A stretch of 64,000 nt of DNA from contig CM097885.1 of assembly GCA_044892525.1 (NCBI GenBank), forward strand, positions 43,588,001 to 43,652,000, written 5' to 3'. This stretch comes from Schmidtea polychroa. Taxonomy: Eukaryota. Each line of letters starts with the position of its first letter. The stretch's first letter is position 1. The notes below the pieces were generated by a model. That model did no database searches and was not told where the DNA came from. It saw nothing but the letters and a program-made list of their open reading frames with translations. A program made the translations under genes and the position numbers. Shown here piece by piece: positions 13,741 through 25,350 of this stretch.

Positions 13741-15955
13741 TAGTATATCTATAAATCTAATATACATTAGTAGTTTTCCAGGGATATTTTCTAAAAAAAG
13801 AAATATGTATAAATATTTTTATAGTTTTAATATAAATATGTATAAATATAAATATAAATATAAATTACTGAAAAACTACTAAAAAATATACATTTATATA
13901 GATATATATATATTAGGGTGGAGCTTATTTTTGAACTTTCAAAATATTACCTTCTTACCCTCCCATTCTGTTCCTATATATGAAATAAAAATTCAGGCAA
14001 AATATGAACACAATTGAACAATATTTAGGGGTAGCTCAAGGACAGAGAAGTTTCTGATACTCTTAAGCAGCGGCCGCCCATTTATTTACGGTACTTTACT
14101 ATAGTAACTGAGAACTAAGTAAATTGAGACTTTCTCAGACTCTGATAATCATACAACATTTCAATCCTATTTTTACAATATACAATTAACACAAATTCTT
14201 CATAGTCCAGGCATGATCAGACTTGTTTAGTATGTTTACTGTGTGGACTGGCTATTGCAGGAGTTTGACAAATGTGTTTATAAATTTAAATTGTAAACAG
14301 TTGATAACACTACTATTAAAGTGAGCATTAAATTGCTGGTAGGCCACTGAAGTGAAGCAAGCCTTCCTGAATCTATAGCTGCTGGTAAGTTAGTTGAATG
14401 TTATTTGAATATTGAATATTATTTTCAATGTTTAAGTGTGAATAGTAATTAAATGAAGATATAGATTAGTTAGATAAGTAAATTTTTGACTCATACCAAA
14501 TTCTACAGTTTATTGTTATCAAATTCGGTTCTATGCACTTATTAGGTAGTTTGCCCGTTCTATATTGTATTGATATTCCAGATTTTAAGATAGACTTTAT
14601 GTTCATAAAAATAATATAAAGCCACATATTGATTTTTAAATGAATACACTTCTATGAAATTATTATTGTTACCAAATGTTTCAACGAAATAAATCAATTG
14701 ACCATAGTAAAATTACAGATAGCTGCTTTAACTTTTAGATGTTCTATTTTTTTAGAAAAAATTTATCCTATAGCACTGTGAAATCTGCAATTATTCCACA
14801 ATACCCTATTTTTAAAAATAAGATGAAAGTAATTCCAGATCTAAAAACAAAAATTTGAAATAAAAATGTCAAATTAATAAATATTTATATTAATTTTAGA
14901 TTATATTCAGTATTATACCAAATCATCAATAAATTTTAATTTATTTTACATCTCAGGCTTTACGATAAATCCATTTTATTGACAAGAATTGTTTTGACTA
15001 TTTCATTGTTTAAAAACATAATATTTACAAACATTTCTTTTCAAAAAAATAAATAATTCCCAAAAAGGGAATTAACACTATAGAAAAAAACTTTTTATAA
15101 TACGCTAGATATTTATAGTTTCATAATACTGATTTTTTCCTCTTAGAGTCTCTAAACATTAATAATCACTGTCTTAATATAATTTATGTGACGTTTTATA
15201 TACATATTTTATCAATAACTGCTTAATTTTTATGTAAAAAGTTTAAAACTGTTGACTCTTGAAATAACCAAGTCATCACAAATAGGGTGGAGCTTATTTT
15301 TGAACTTTCAAAATATTACCTTCTTACCCTCCCATTCTGTTCCTATATATGAAAGAAAAATTCAGGCAAAATATGAACACAATTGAACAATATTTAGTTG
15401 GTAGCTCAAGGACAGAGAAGTTTCTGATACTCTTAAGCAGCGGCCGCCCATTTATTTACAGTACTTTACTATAGTAACTGAGAACTAAGTAAATTGAGAC
15501 TTTCTCAGACTCTGATAATCATACAACATTTCAATCCTATTTTTACAATATACAATTAACACAAATTCTTCATAGTCCAGGCATGATCAGACTTGTTTAG
15601 TATGTTTACTGTGTGGACTGGCTATTGCAGGAGTTTGACAAATGTGTTTATAAATTTAAATTGTAAACAGTTGATAACACTACTATTAAAGTGAGCATTA
15701 AATTGCTGGTAGGCCACTGAAGTGAAGCAAGCCTTCCTGAATCTATAGCTGCTGGTAAGTTAGTTGAATGTTATTTGAATATTGAATATTATTTTCAATG
15801 TTTAAGTGTGAATAGTAATTAAATGAAGATATAGATTAGTTAGATAAGTAAATGTGAATTTTGTAATACAATTATTCAAATTAACATATCAATCCATGAT
15901 TCCAAAGTCAATGCTATTTTTATAATATTCATTTCAGATTCATTTCTGTAAGAAA

Positions 15956-17197
15956 ATGTCATCAGTTGCAAAAGCAACACGATCTCAAACTGAGTTGTAT
16001 CTTCTTGGCGATTCCGTGACTCAGTTACGTGGCAGCAAGCTGCCATCTTTACGTAGGGCTCTTGGACTCTTCCTACATCACCATCTGGAACTGAAAGAGA
16101 CAATAAGACAATCATCGGCTGTTACCATTACAGAAGTATCGAAGTTTTGGCAGAAAGCGAGGATCCCGATGAGAGATCATCAAAACTGCCAAACCAAGGT
16201 TGAGCATGCATTTGAAGAATGGCGTCTTCTGAAAAAGAACAAGGCACGATTATCAGCTAAGTATGAAGCAGGCACTACAGTTGATGACGTAGCAAGTTTA
16301 CTGGAGGATATAAAGCAAGACACCGTCGATTATGCCAACAAGTATCTTGAACAGAGTCAGCCGAGAGATGACTATAAAGAATTCTTGGAACTTGTAATTG
16401 TCTTCCTCGGTGCTGCTCCTCCCAGAGGTGTACGGTTCATGGCACCTGGTGCAATGCACCATGCTCGTTGGATGTCCAAGGTGATATACAGCCTAAAAAT
16501 TTGGATGTTCAAGGCGCAGTTCAAGCTGACTACTGCAGAAGAGCGAGGGTTGCGTGATGTTTGTGTATTTGCAGCACGAGTGTACCTGAAAGCTTGGATA
16601 TCTGCACCTCAAGCAGCAGATGCTCCATTCAGTGACTTGCTGCTGCTGAAGTCGCTGCTCGAGTACTCATCAATACATGCAGCCATTTCAAAGGCAACAT
16701 CTCGCAAGTTTGCAAATCATTTGTGGTACTTATCTGAGAAACTGGTAAGCTTGGCTTTTTTCGACAGTCGGGTCAGTTCGTCAACCAAACGACTGATGGT
16801 GAGTGCCATGCAAAATGATGAAAACCAGGATTCTGATCATTGCAAACGTATCACAGTTGCTCTTGGTTCATTCAAAGAGAAAAACTTGGAAGATTTTGTC
16901 ACAGCTAAATCAATGATTCTGCTTCAACAGCTTGAACTGCCAGATGGATTTCTTGCAGTTGACCCAGACTTGTGGGGAGACAGAGATGATTACAAACAAG
17001 CTGCAGAAACAGTTACATCTCTAAAAGTTGTAAATGACCATGCTGAGCGTGGAGTGGCCCTCATTCAGGAATACAGTGGATTAATCACCCGTGATGAAAC
17101 ACAACTTCAATTCTTGCTGCAAGTTGTCCAGGACCATCGCAAAATGTATCCCGACAGCAGGAATAAGACTCTGTCCGCCATCTCTGGGTTTACATAA
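15956..17197 (+). CDS. hATm-like transposase, internally deleted but open (413 aa)
   Basis: Motifs FWQKARIP, QPRDDYKEFLEL, PGAMHHARWMSK, NHLWYLSE and VVNDHAERGVALI. GC content is higher than the flanks, and the ORF lies inside TAGGGTG TIRs. Confidence 0.85.
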   Translation: MSSVAKATRSQTELYLLGDSVTQLRGSKLPSLRRALGLFLHHHLELKETIRQSSAVTITEVSKFWQKARIPMRDHQNCQTKVEHAFEEWRLLKKNKARLSAKYEAGTTVDDVASLLEDIKQDTVDYANKYLEQSQPRDDYKEFLELVIVFLGAAPPRGVRFMAPGAMHHARWMSKVIYSLKIWMFKAQFKLTTAEERGLRDVCVFAARVYLKAWISAPQAADAPFSDLLLLKSLLEYSSIHAAISKATSRKFANHLWYLSEKLVSLAFFDSRVSSSTKRLMVSAMQNDENQDSDHCKRITVALGSFKEKNLEDFVTAKSMILLQQLELPDGFLAVDPDLWGDRDDYKQAAETVTSLKVVNDHAERGVALIQEYSGLITRDETQLQFLLQVVQDHRKMYPDSRNKTLSAISGFT

Positions 17198-17694
17198 TAA
17201 CAGTTAATTTCAAGTTTGCTGGACATTTACAGATTGTTTGTGTCAGAAGCTAAAGAAACATTTCACTATTAATGTCTATGTGTGTAACACTGAAGTTTGC
17301 AAAAAAATAAAATAGAATCAGAATTTGTTGAATTTACAAAAATTTTATCATATTTCAGGCACTTGAGCTACCTCTAAACAGTAGGTAGATAGTAGCCCAC
17401 TGGAACAATTACCCCCCTCCCGGAGGGGGGGGGGGGTAAAATTGTTCCAACTTTTTATTACGCAATTGTTCCAACTCACATTTTTTGCTTTCAGGGATTT
17501 TTGGTCCAAATTTTTTTTTATCAGACTATAGTGAGGGGGTCTCGATGGTCCTGGGATTTTCAATACAAAAAATTTTTTTCAATACAAATAGGTGGTCTAC
17601 ACTAAAAAAGCCAAGGATTTTTCAGACTATAGTGAGGTGAGTCTCCTTGGTCCTGAGAAATAGGTGGTCTACACTAAAAAACGTGGTAAATTTT

Positions 17695-18600
17695 TCAATT
17701 ACAGTAAATTATGGCTCAAATTTTTGAATTACAGTAAATTATGGGTCTAAAAAATCAATTACAGTAAATAATGGTCTAAAAAATCAATTACAGTAAATAA
17801 TGGTCCTAAAAATTAAATTACAGTAAATTATGGTTCTAAAAATTAAATTAAAGTAAATTATGGCTCAAATTTTTCAATTACAGTAAATAATGGTTCTAAA
17901 AATTGAATTACAGTAAATTATGGTTCTAAAAATTAAATTATAGTAAATTATGGCTCAAATTTTTAAATTAAAGTAAATTATGGGCTTAGATTTTTCAATT
18001 AAAGTAATGAATGGGCAAAAATAACTAAATTAAGGTTCAAAATTTTAAATTAAAGTAAATAATGGTCCTAAAAAATTAAATTAAAGTTAATTATGGTCCT
18101 AAAAAATTAAATTAAGGTTCATATTTTCGAATTAAAGTAATTAATGGGCTCAGATTTTTCAATTAAAGTAAATAATGGTCCAAATTTTTAAATTAAAGTA
18201 AATTTAGGTTCTAAAATATTAAATTAAAGTAAATAATGGTACAAATTTTAAAATTAAGTAATCAATGGTAAAAAATTTTAAATAAGTAATAATTTTTAAA
18301 TAAGTAAATTAAAGTAATAATTTTTAAATAAGTAAATTAAAGTAATGTAATAAGTAAATTAAAGTAAGATTTTAAAATTTATTAACAAAAAGTTGAAGGT
18401 GTTTGAGAATTGAAATTTTTTAATGGAAATTTTTATGAAATAATTTTTTAAGTAATTTTTAATGGAAATTTTTATGAAATATTTTTTAGGTAATTTTTAA
18501 TGGAAATTTTTATGGAATAATTTTATAAGTTAATTTTTAATGGAAATTTTTAAGATAATTTTTAATGGAAATTTTTATGAAATATTTTTCAAAGACAAAT
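17695..18600. repeat. AT-rich ~30-bp tandem minisatellites in the left arm (mirrored at ~30670-31545)
   Basis: Units like AATTACAGTAAATTATGGCTCAAATTTTTC decay inward, followed by AATTTTTAATGGAAATTTTTATGAAAT units. Confidence 0.9.
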
Positions 18601-18609
18601 TTTAATAAT

Positions 18610-19650
18610 AATTCAACAACAAACCACCTACTAAGTACCTACAACCAGTAACTTACGAACATGTATTACCAACCAGATACCTACAACCAGATACCTACAA
18701 CTAGTTACTAACAACTAGTTACATGATACTAAGTAAATACAACCACCTAACAAGTACTAACAACCAAAAACAAGCAACCAACCAGGTACTAGATACCAAG
18801 TACTCACAACCGACAACAACCAAGTACTAAGCATTATTAACCAACATCAACCAGGTACTAAGCATTAATTACCAACTACTAAATACCTACAACCACCTAC
18901 CCATTAACTAGCTACAACCAGTTACCTGCTACTAAGTACCTACAACCAACTAGCTACCACCTACCAAGTACTAACAACCAGTTACCAACTACTAAGCATT
19001 AATTAACTACAACCAGCTAACAGCGACCAACCAACTACCAAGTACTAACAACCAAAAACAAGCAACCAACTAGCTACCACTTACCAAGTACCTACAACTA
19101 GATACTAACAACCAGTTACCAAGTACCTACAACCACCTACCCATTAACTAGCTACCAACTACTAAGTACCAACAACCAACTAGCTACCAAGTACCTACAA
19201 CTAGATACTAACAACCAGTTACCAAGTACCTACAACCACCTATCCATTAACTAGCTACCAAGTACTAACAACTAGGTCTCAAACAACTAAATACTAACAA
19301 CCAGTTACCAACTACTAAGCATTAATTACCTACAACTAGTTACTAACAACCAACCAACTAGGTACTAGATACCAAGTACTAACAACCAACAACAACCAGG
19401 TACTAAGCATTATCAACCAACTAGAGTACCTACTAAGTACCTACAACCAACTAACAACCACCTACCAAGTACTAACAACCAGTTACCAAATACTAAGCAT
19501 TAATTACCTACAACTAGTTACTAACAACTAGATACCAAGTACATACAACCAACAACTAAGCATTATCAACCAAGTACTAACAACCAAATAACTTACCTAG
19601 TACTAAGCACTGTCAACTAGATACCAAACACTTACAACCAGATGACCACA
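18610..19650. repeat. C/A-rich strand-skewed mosaic minisatellite (mirrored as a G/T-rich tract at ~29395-30655)
   Basis: Shuffled short motifs CAACCA, TACTAAG, ACCTAC and CTAGTT. G is strongly depleted on the + strand. Confidence 0.9.
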
Positions 19651-19961
19651 TGAAATTATTGGTTAAATATGAAAATAAGGATTATATTTAGTTGTTTAGT
19701 AAATTATGGTGTAAAATTAAGAAATAAAGAATAATTAGGTAAATTAAGGATAAGTAAATTAAAGTTAAAAATTTTAAATTAAAGAAAACAATGGTTCAAA
19801 ATTTAAAATTAAGTATCCAATGGTTCAAATTTTAAATTAAAGCTAAAGTAAGATTTTTAAATTTATTATCAAAAGATTGAATAACCACCAACTTTTTTGA
19901 GAAATGTAATTTATAATGAAAATTTAAATGGAAATTTAAATGGAATAATAATAATAATAAT

Positions 19962-20029
<68 letters not shown>

Positions 20030-20450
20030 TACTAATAATTCAACAGTTACCAACAATCGGTTACTGATTATTTTTTAACTAGGTGCTAACAAATACTTAC
20101 ACCATGATACCACGTACTAACTAACTCTCAAACAACCAGATACTTACAACTAACTACTAAATATTCTTCACTGTATTTTATGAAATGCTTTTTAAATTAA
20201 TTTTTTATCTATCTTCAAAAATATATTTAATTACAATCATTAGAAAAACCTTTTCAAATTTAACAAAAATGATGATTTTCATCAAAAAACCACAACTCAT
20301 CACCACGTGGAATTCAAAATAATTACAATGAAAGACTAATGAATTCTAATTTACAAAACATTCTTCTTTTAAATGATAACTACTGACTTATTATTGCAAA
20401 GTAAAAATCGCATTCAATAAATACTTATTGTTGATCAGTTTTATTATATA

Positions 20451-23400
20451 TACTCTGAGTTTATCCGACAGGATGTTTTGACCCCCTAAGGGTACAGGTC
20501 GTAAGGGTACTGGTCGTAAGGGTATTAGTCGTAAGGGTACTAGTCGTAGGAGTATTGGTAACACTCAACCCCCATCTACCCATTAACCACCTAACAAGTA
20601 CCAACAACCAAGTCTCAAACAACTAAATACTAAACACTAACAACTAACAACAACCAGGTACTAGATACCAAGTACTAACAACCTACAACTATATAACAAC
20701 AATCAGTAAACAACACTGTACCAACTACCAAATACAAGAAACCAACAACTTAGTACCAACAATCAACTAACAACACATAAAAATAATAGCAATTAAATAA
20801 AAAAAATTATTCTTCATCGCATACACTATTTTCTTATCAAAATCTAAAAAGTCAACCAACTACTTACAACCAACAACTATGTACTAACAAATTGATCTTT
20901 AAAAGCAAATACTCATCACTTGAAAAATTAGATGGAAAATTATTTGAACTCAAGGCATCAATAACTAAGTAAAATTTGATTAAATTATTGTAAAAATTTA
21001 AATTATTCAAAATAAATATCATAAAAATTTAATTAATGGACAGGAAAAAATTCTAATCATCCAGTAAATAAAAAAAATACTGATCATTCAAGTTGAATCA
21101 ACTAAGATAATAAATTAATAAAAGTTTTGAAATAAGATCTAGATTTAGATTGAATAAAATTAATTTTAATTATTTTTGTAAAAGTAATACATGTACTCAA
21201 ATTGATTGACTGATTTCTCAATATATTCAAAAAATCAGTATAAATTCATTACAATTATCAAAGTCAGCAATCTACAATAAAAATAATTATCATTAAATTC
21301 CAAAAGAGACTAGATAACTAATGATAACATCTAACAAACCAGTAAATTCATTTAAATGGCAATAATTGGTATATCCAAGTGAATTCTCTAATAAAATCAT
21401 CTAAAAAGCATCATTTTCCCTAAATATATCAATATTTAAAGATTGGTATTGTAATGATAAATACTTGTTAAAGATCATATATTCTCATCAAACTAATAAG
21501 ATTCCTTAAATTCCCTTAAATGACTATATTTCTACCCTTAATTCATATTATTACAAATAATTCATTAAAATCATCTAAAAAGCATCATTTCCCCTAAATA
21601 TATCAATATTTAAAGATTGATATTTTAATGATAAGTACCCGTAAAGGATCATATATTCCCCTCAGACTAATAAGATTGCTTAAAGTCCCATTTAAATGAC
21701 TATAATTCTAACTTTAATTCCTATTATCACGAATATTTCCCTATAAAACATGTAAAATCATTAACCCTAAATAATTTATAAAATCTAATGATAAAAGTGG
21801 TTATAATTAAATTTTTGTTAATCACTGTACTCGATATTTTAAATAAATATTACTACAATATAACTGACTAGGTCCCATTGAAAGATTAAATTTATCCATT
21901 CAATAAAATATATTTCTTCAAATGATCATTTTTACCAATATTCAACCGATTTAATTACTAATTAAAATCAAGATTTCTTCCAATAAAGATCAATTTTATT
22001 TAGTTGTCGATGTTTTAAATCAATATTTCTCAACTTTTGTCGTTGTCCGTCTAAATAAAGATAAAAATAATTTAAAGTTGATATCAATCCCAATTATCTG
22101 TAAAGATTTCATTGTCAAAACCAAGTAAATCGATCATTATCCCTACTTAATAAAACATTGTTCTAAATTAATTTACTATGCATTAATCACAACCTAATAA
22201 AACGATATAATTATTATTGATTCATAACTGACTAATGTATTGCAATTTCCTTAAAAACATTGATATTTTACCAACATCACCCTTAAAAAATCATATATTC
22301 CCATCGAAACCCTTCCCTCATTAAAAGCAACCGACTATATCTCCCTCACAATAATATATTCCCATCTTAACCCATCTCACATTAAATCTAACCGACTATA
22401 TCCCCTTAAAAGATCATATTTTCCCCATCTTAACCGACCTCTCATTAAATCTAACCAACAATATCCCATCTTAACCGATCTCTCATTAAATCTAACCGAC
22501 TATATCCCTTTAAAAATCGTATATTCCCATCTTAACCCATCCCTCATTAAATTTAATAACCGACAATATCCCATCTTATCCGATCTCTCAGCAAATATTT
22601 CTACCCTTTTAAACATCTATCCGATTATATCCCTTATTTTCCCTAAAGATTTCACCCACTTGAGCCCTTTAATATATATCAATCCTCTTAAAATCCTCAG
22701 AGAACTTCAAAAATCTGACTTTTAATTAATTGTTATAGAACCAGACAAATAATAAGAGCCCATTAAAAGATCAAAATTCACTAAATTTTCTACAAATATA
22801 TACCATCAAATACTGGAGATGATATATATTGATTGATCATAATTCTTCATCGATTCAGCCAATCATTTTCAAGCGCTATCAGCAAACTAAATTTCAGTAT
22901 ATTCTACAATCATTTTCAAGTAAATTTAAATTCCTTGTTAAAGTTAACTAGTTTCAGCTCATGTTTTTTAAAGTTCATCAATGAGTAAATATTCTTAGAA
23001 AATTATTGAAAAAATTATTTAGTGAAATATATTACAAACTTATCATTAAAAATTTATTCTATCACTTGAAATTAATTTTTATTTAAAAACTATTCAATAA
23101 AATACCACTAATTATCAAGAAATTAATTAAATTTATCAATTAAATTTATCACCATTAAAACTTTTAATCAGTCAACATGAAATTCTTAGAAAATTGTTCA
23201 ATATCCTCATAAAAATTTATCCTACCACTTGATTATTGTACAAACTCTAATTATTAACCTCATTAAAAATTAAAAATACATCCAATTATCAAGAAATTAA
23301 TTAAATTTATCTTAGAATTAGCATTAAATTATTAAATATTCATTCAATAAACATGAAATTTGCAAAAATGTTAGAAATCCATGAAAATGATAGATATCTA

Positions 23401-23680
23401 CAAAAATTACGCATATTCACAAAAAAGTACGGAAATTCATGAAAATAATAGAAAATTACAAAAAATGATAGAAATTCATAAAAATGATAGAAATTTACTT
23501 GAATAAAACCATCAACTCTAAAAAATTATCAATACCTTAAACATCAAATTTGTCTAAATTCAAATAAAAACATTAAATACCTTTACGACTAATACCCTTG
23601 CGACATGTTGAATGTGAGTAGTACCCTTGTGAGCAATACCCATAGGGGGACAGAATATTTTGTCGGATAAACTCAGAGTA
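20451..23680. mobile_element. Unclassified 3.2-kb non-autonomous TIR element (left-arm copy)
   Basis: TIR TACTCTGAGTTTATCCGACA ... TGTCGGATAAACTCAGAGTA with TATA on both flanks. 15-bp subterminal repeats AAGGGTACTGGTCGT. Internal tandem repeats and no ORF. Confidence 0.8.
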
Positions 23681-25350
23681 TATATTAATTAACTCATTTA
23701 TCATTGAATTAGTCAAATTATCGTAAATTTCGATAAAAAATCTAAAGTGGTAAGCAATGTAAAGAGAAATATTCTTTAAATTTTGATAAAATTAACAATG
23801 AAGGTGGTAAGAATCTTCATTAAAGCGAGGAAATTATTCATTACTCGATTCAAATGGGTGAAAATAATTGGTAGAATAATTCATTAATGGAGGTAGATAA
23901 TGAGAATAGGCATAGATAAAATGATGGTTGATAAGAATGGATGTATTGCAACTATTTTCTAAAAATTAACACTTTAATAAAAAAAAACTTTTAAAACAAA
24001 TATTTGTGGGGATGTTTTAAGTGAATAATTAATGGAGAATCGGGGAATATAAGTGAGAAGGATATGTAATTTAAACTATTTTATTACGTAACAAGCCACG
24101 ACTAGTTTATTGCATAACAAGCCGCGTCTAGTTTATTACATAACAAGCTGTGAATGGTATTTTATTGAGAATTATTGATTAGGTCTTTTTTATAATTTTT
24201 GAATAAGTACTTTAATACCTTAATAATTTAAATGTTTTGATTTACACTAAATAATTTCTAAATCAATTGCCCTTTTTAATCAAAATAAGATCAATTATAT
24301 ACCTTTTTATAAAATTCAGTTAAAATTAAATACTTTACACTAAATTTAAAAATATAAGTTTTATTAGAAAATGTGAATAAAAAATTGAATTATTAACAGT
24401 TATAGACTTTTTAAACTTAATGATGGAATTAGGTAATAGAAAGTAAATATTTTTTTAAAAAAAAGACCCTTAATATTGTAGCTATTTATTATTAAATTTA
24501 CTATTTTACACTAAATATTTCGATTTAGAAAACAATCATCACAATATTAAATGTGATACTTCAATCAAAATAAGTTAATACTCAAATATATGTCTTATAA
24601 AATACAATTAAAATTAAATACTTCACTAATTTTAAGTAAAGTTTTATAAATTCTCAAATAAATGTTAACAAGATATTAATTTATTAATTATTATAGATTT
24701 TTTAAACTTTATATTGAAATTAAACAATAGAATGATATTCAAAATATATACAATTTTAAAATATAATTAAAATTAAAATTATAAACTAGTCACGGCTTGT
24801 TATGCAATAAACTAGTCGTGGCTTGTTACGTAATAAAATAGTTTAAATTACATATCCTTCTCACTTATATTCCACCGATTCTCATTATCCCACTATTTAA
24901 TCTCCTATATTCCCCCCGATTCTCCATTAATTATTCACTTATATCCCCTCGAATTTCCATTAACCCGATATTTAATCAATTATATTCCGCCGATTTTGAT
25001 TAATTATTCACTTAAAACATCCCCACAAATATTTGTTTTAAAAGTTTTTTTTATTAAAGTGTTAATTTTTAGAAAATAGTTGCAATACATCCATTCTTAT
25101 CAACCATCATTTTATCTATGCCTATTCTCATTATCTACCTCCATTAATGAATTATTCTACCAATTATTTTCACCCATTTGAATCGAGTAATGAATAATTT
25201 CCTCGCTTTAATGAAGATTCTTACCACCTTCATTGTTAATTTTATCAAAATTTAAAGAATATTTCTCTTTACATTGCTTACCACTTTAGATTTTTTATCG
25301 AAATTTACGATAATTTGACTAATTCAATGATAAATGAGTTAATTAATATA

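Noticed and set aside
17695..18300. Regular ~30-bp repeats resembling a CRISPR array
   Set aside because: These are head-to-tail degenerate units with no unique spacers and no cas genes, in a eukaryotic context.
19832..20056. Signal-peptide-like poly-Leu ORFs (also 28978-29214, 36838-37194, 53844-54116)
   Set aside because: The poly-L/I/N runs come from (AAT)n tracts. The two MLVTVELL copies are simply the two palindrome arms.
20800..23500. Polinton protein remnants (PolB, integrase, capsid, ATPase) inside the arms
   Set aside because: The ORF track has nothing here and I recognised no motif by eye. A tBLASTn or HMM search would be needed to exclude highly decayed relics.
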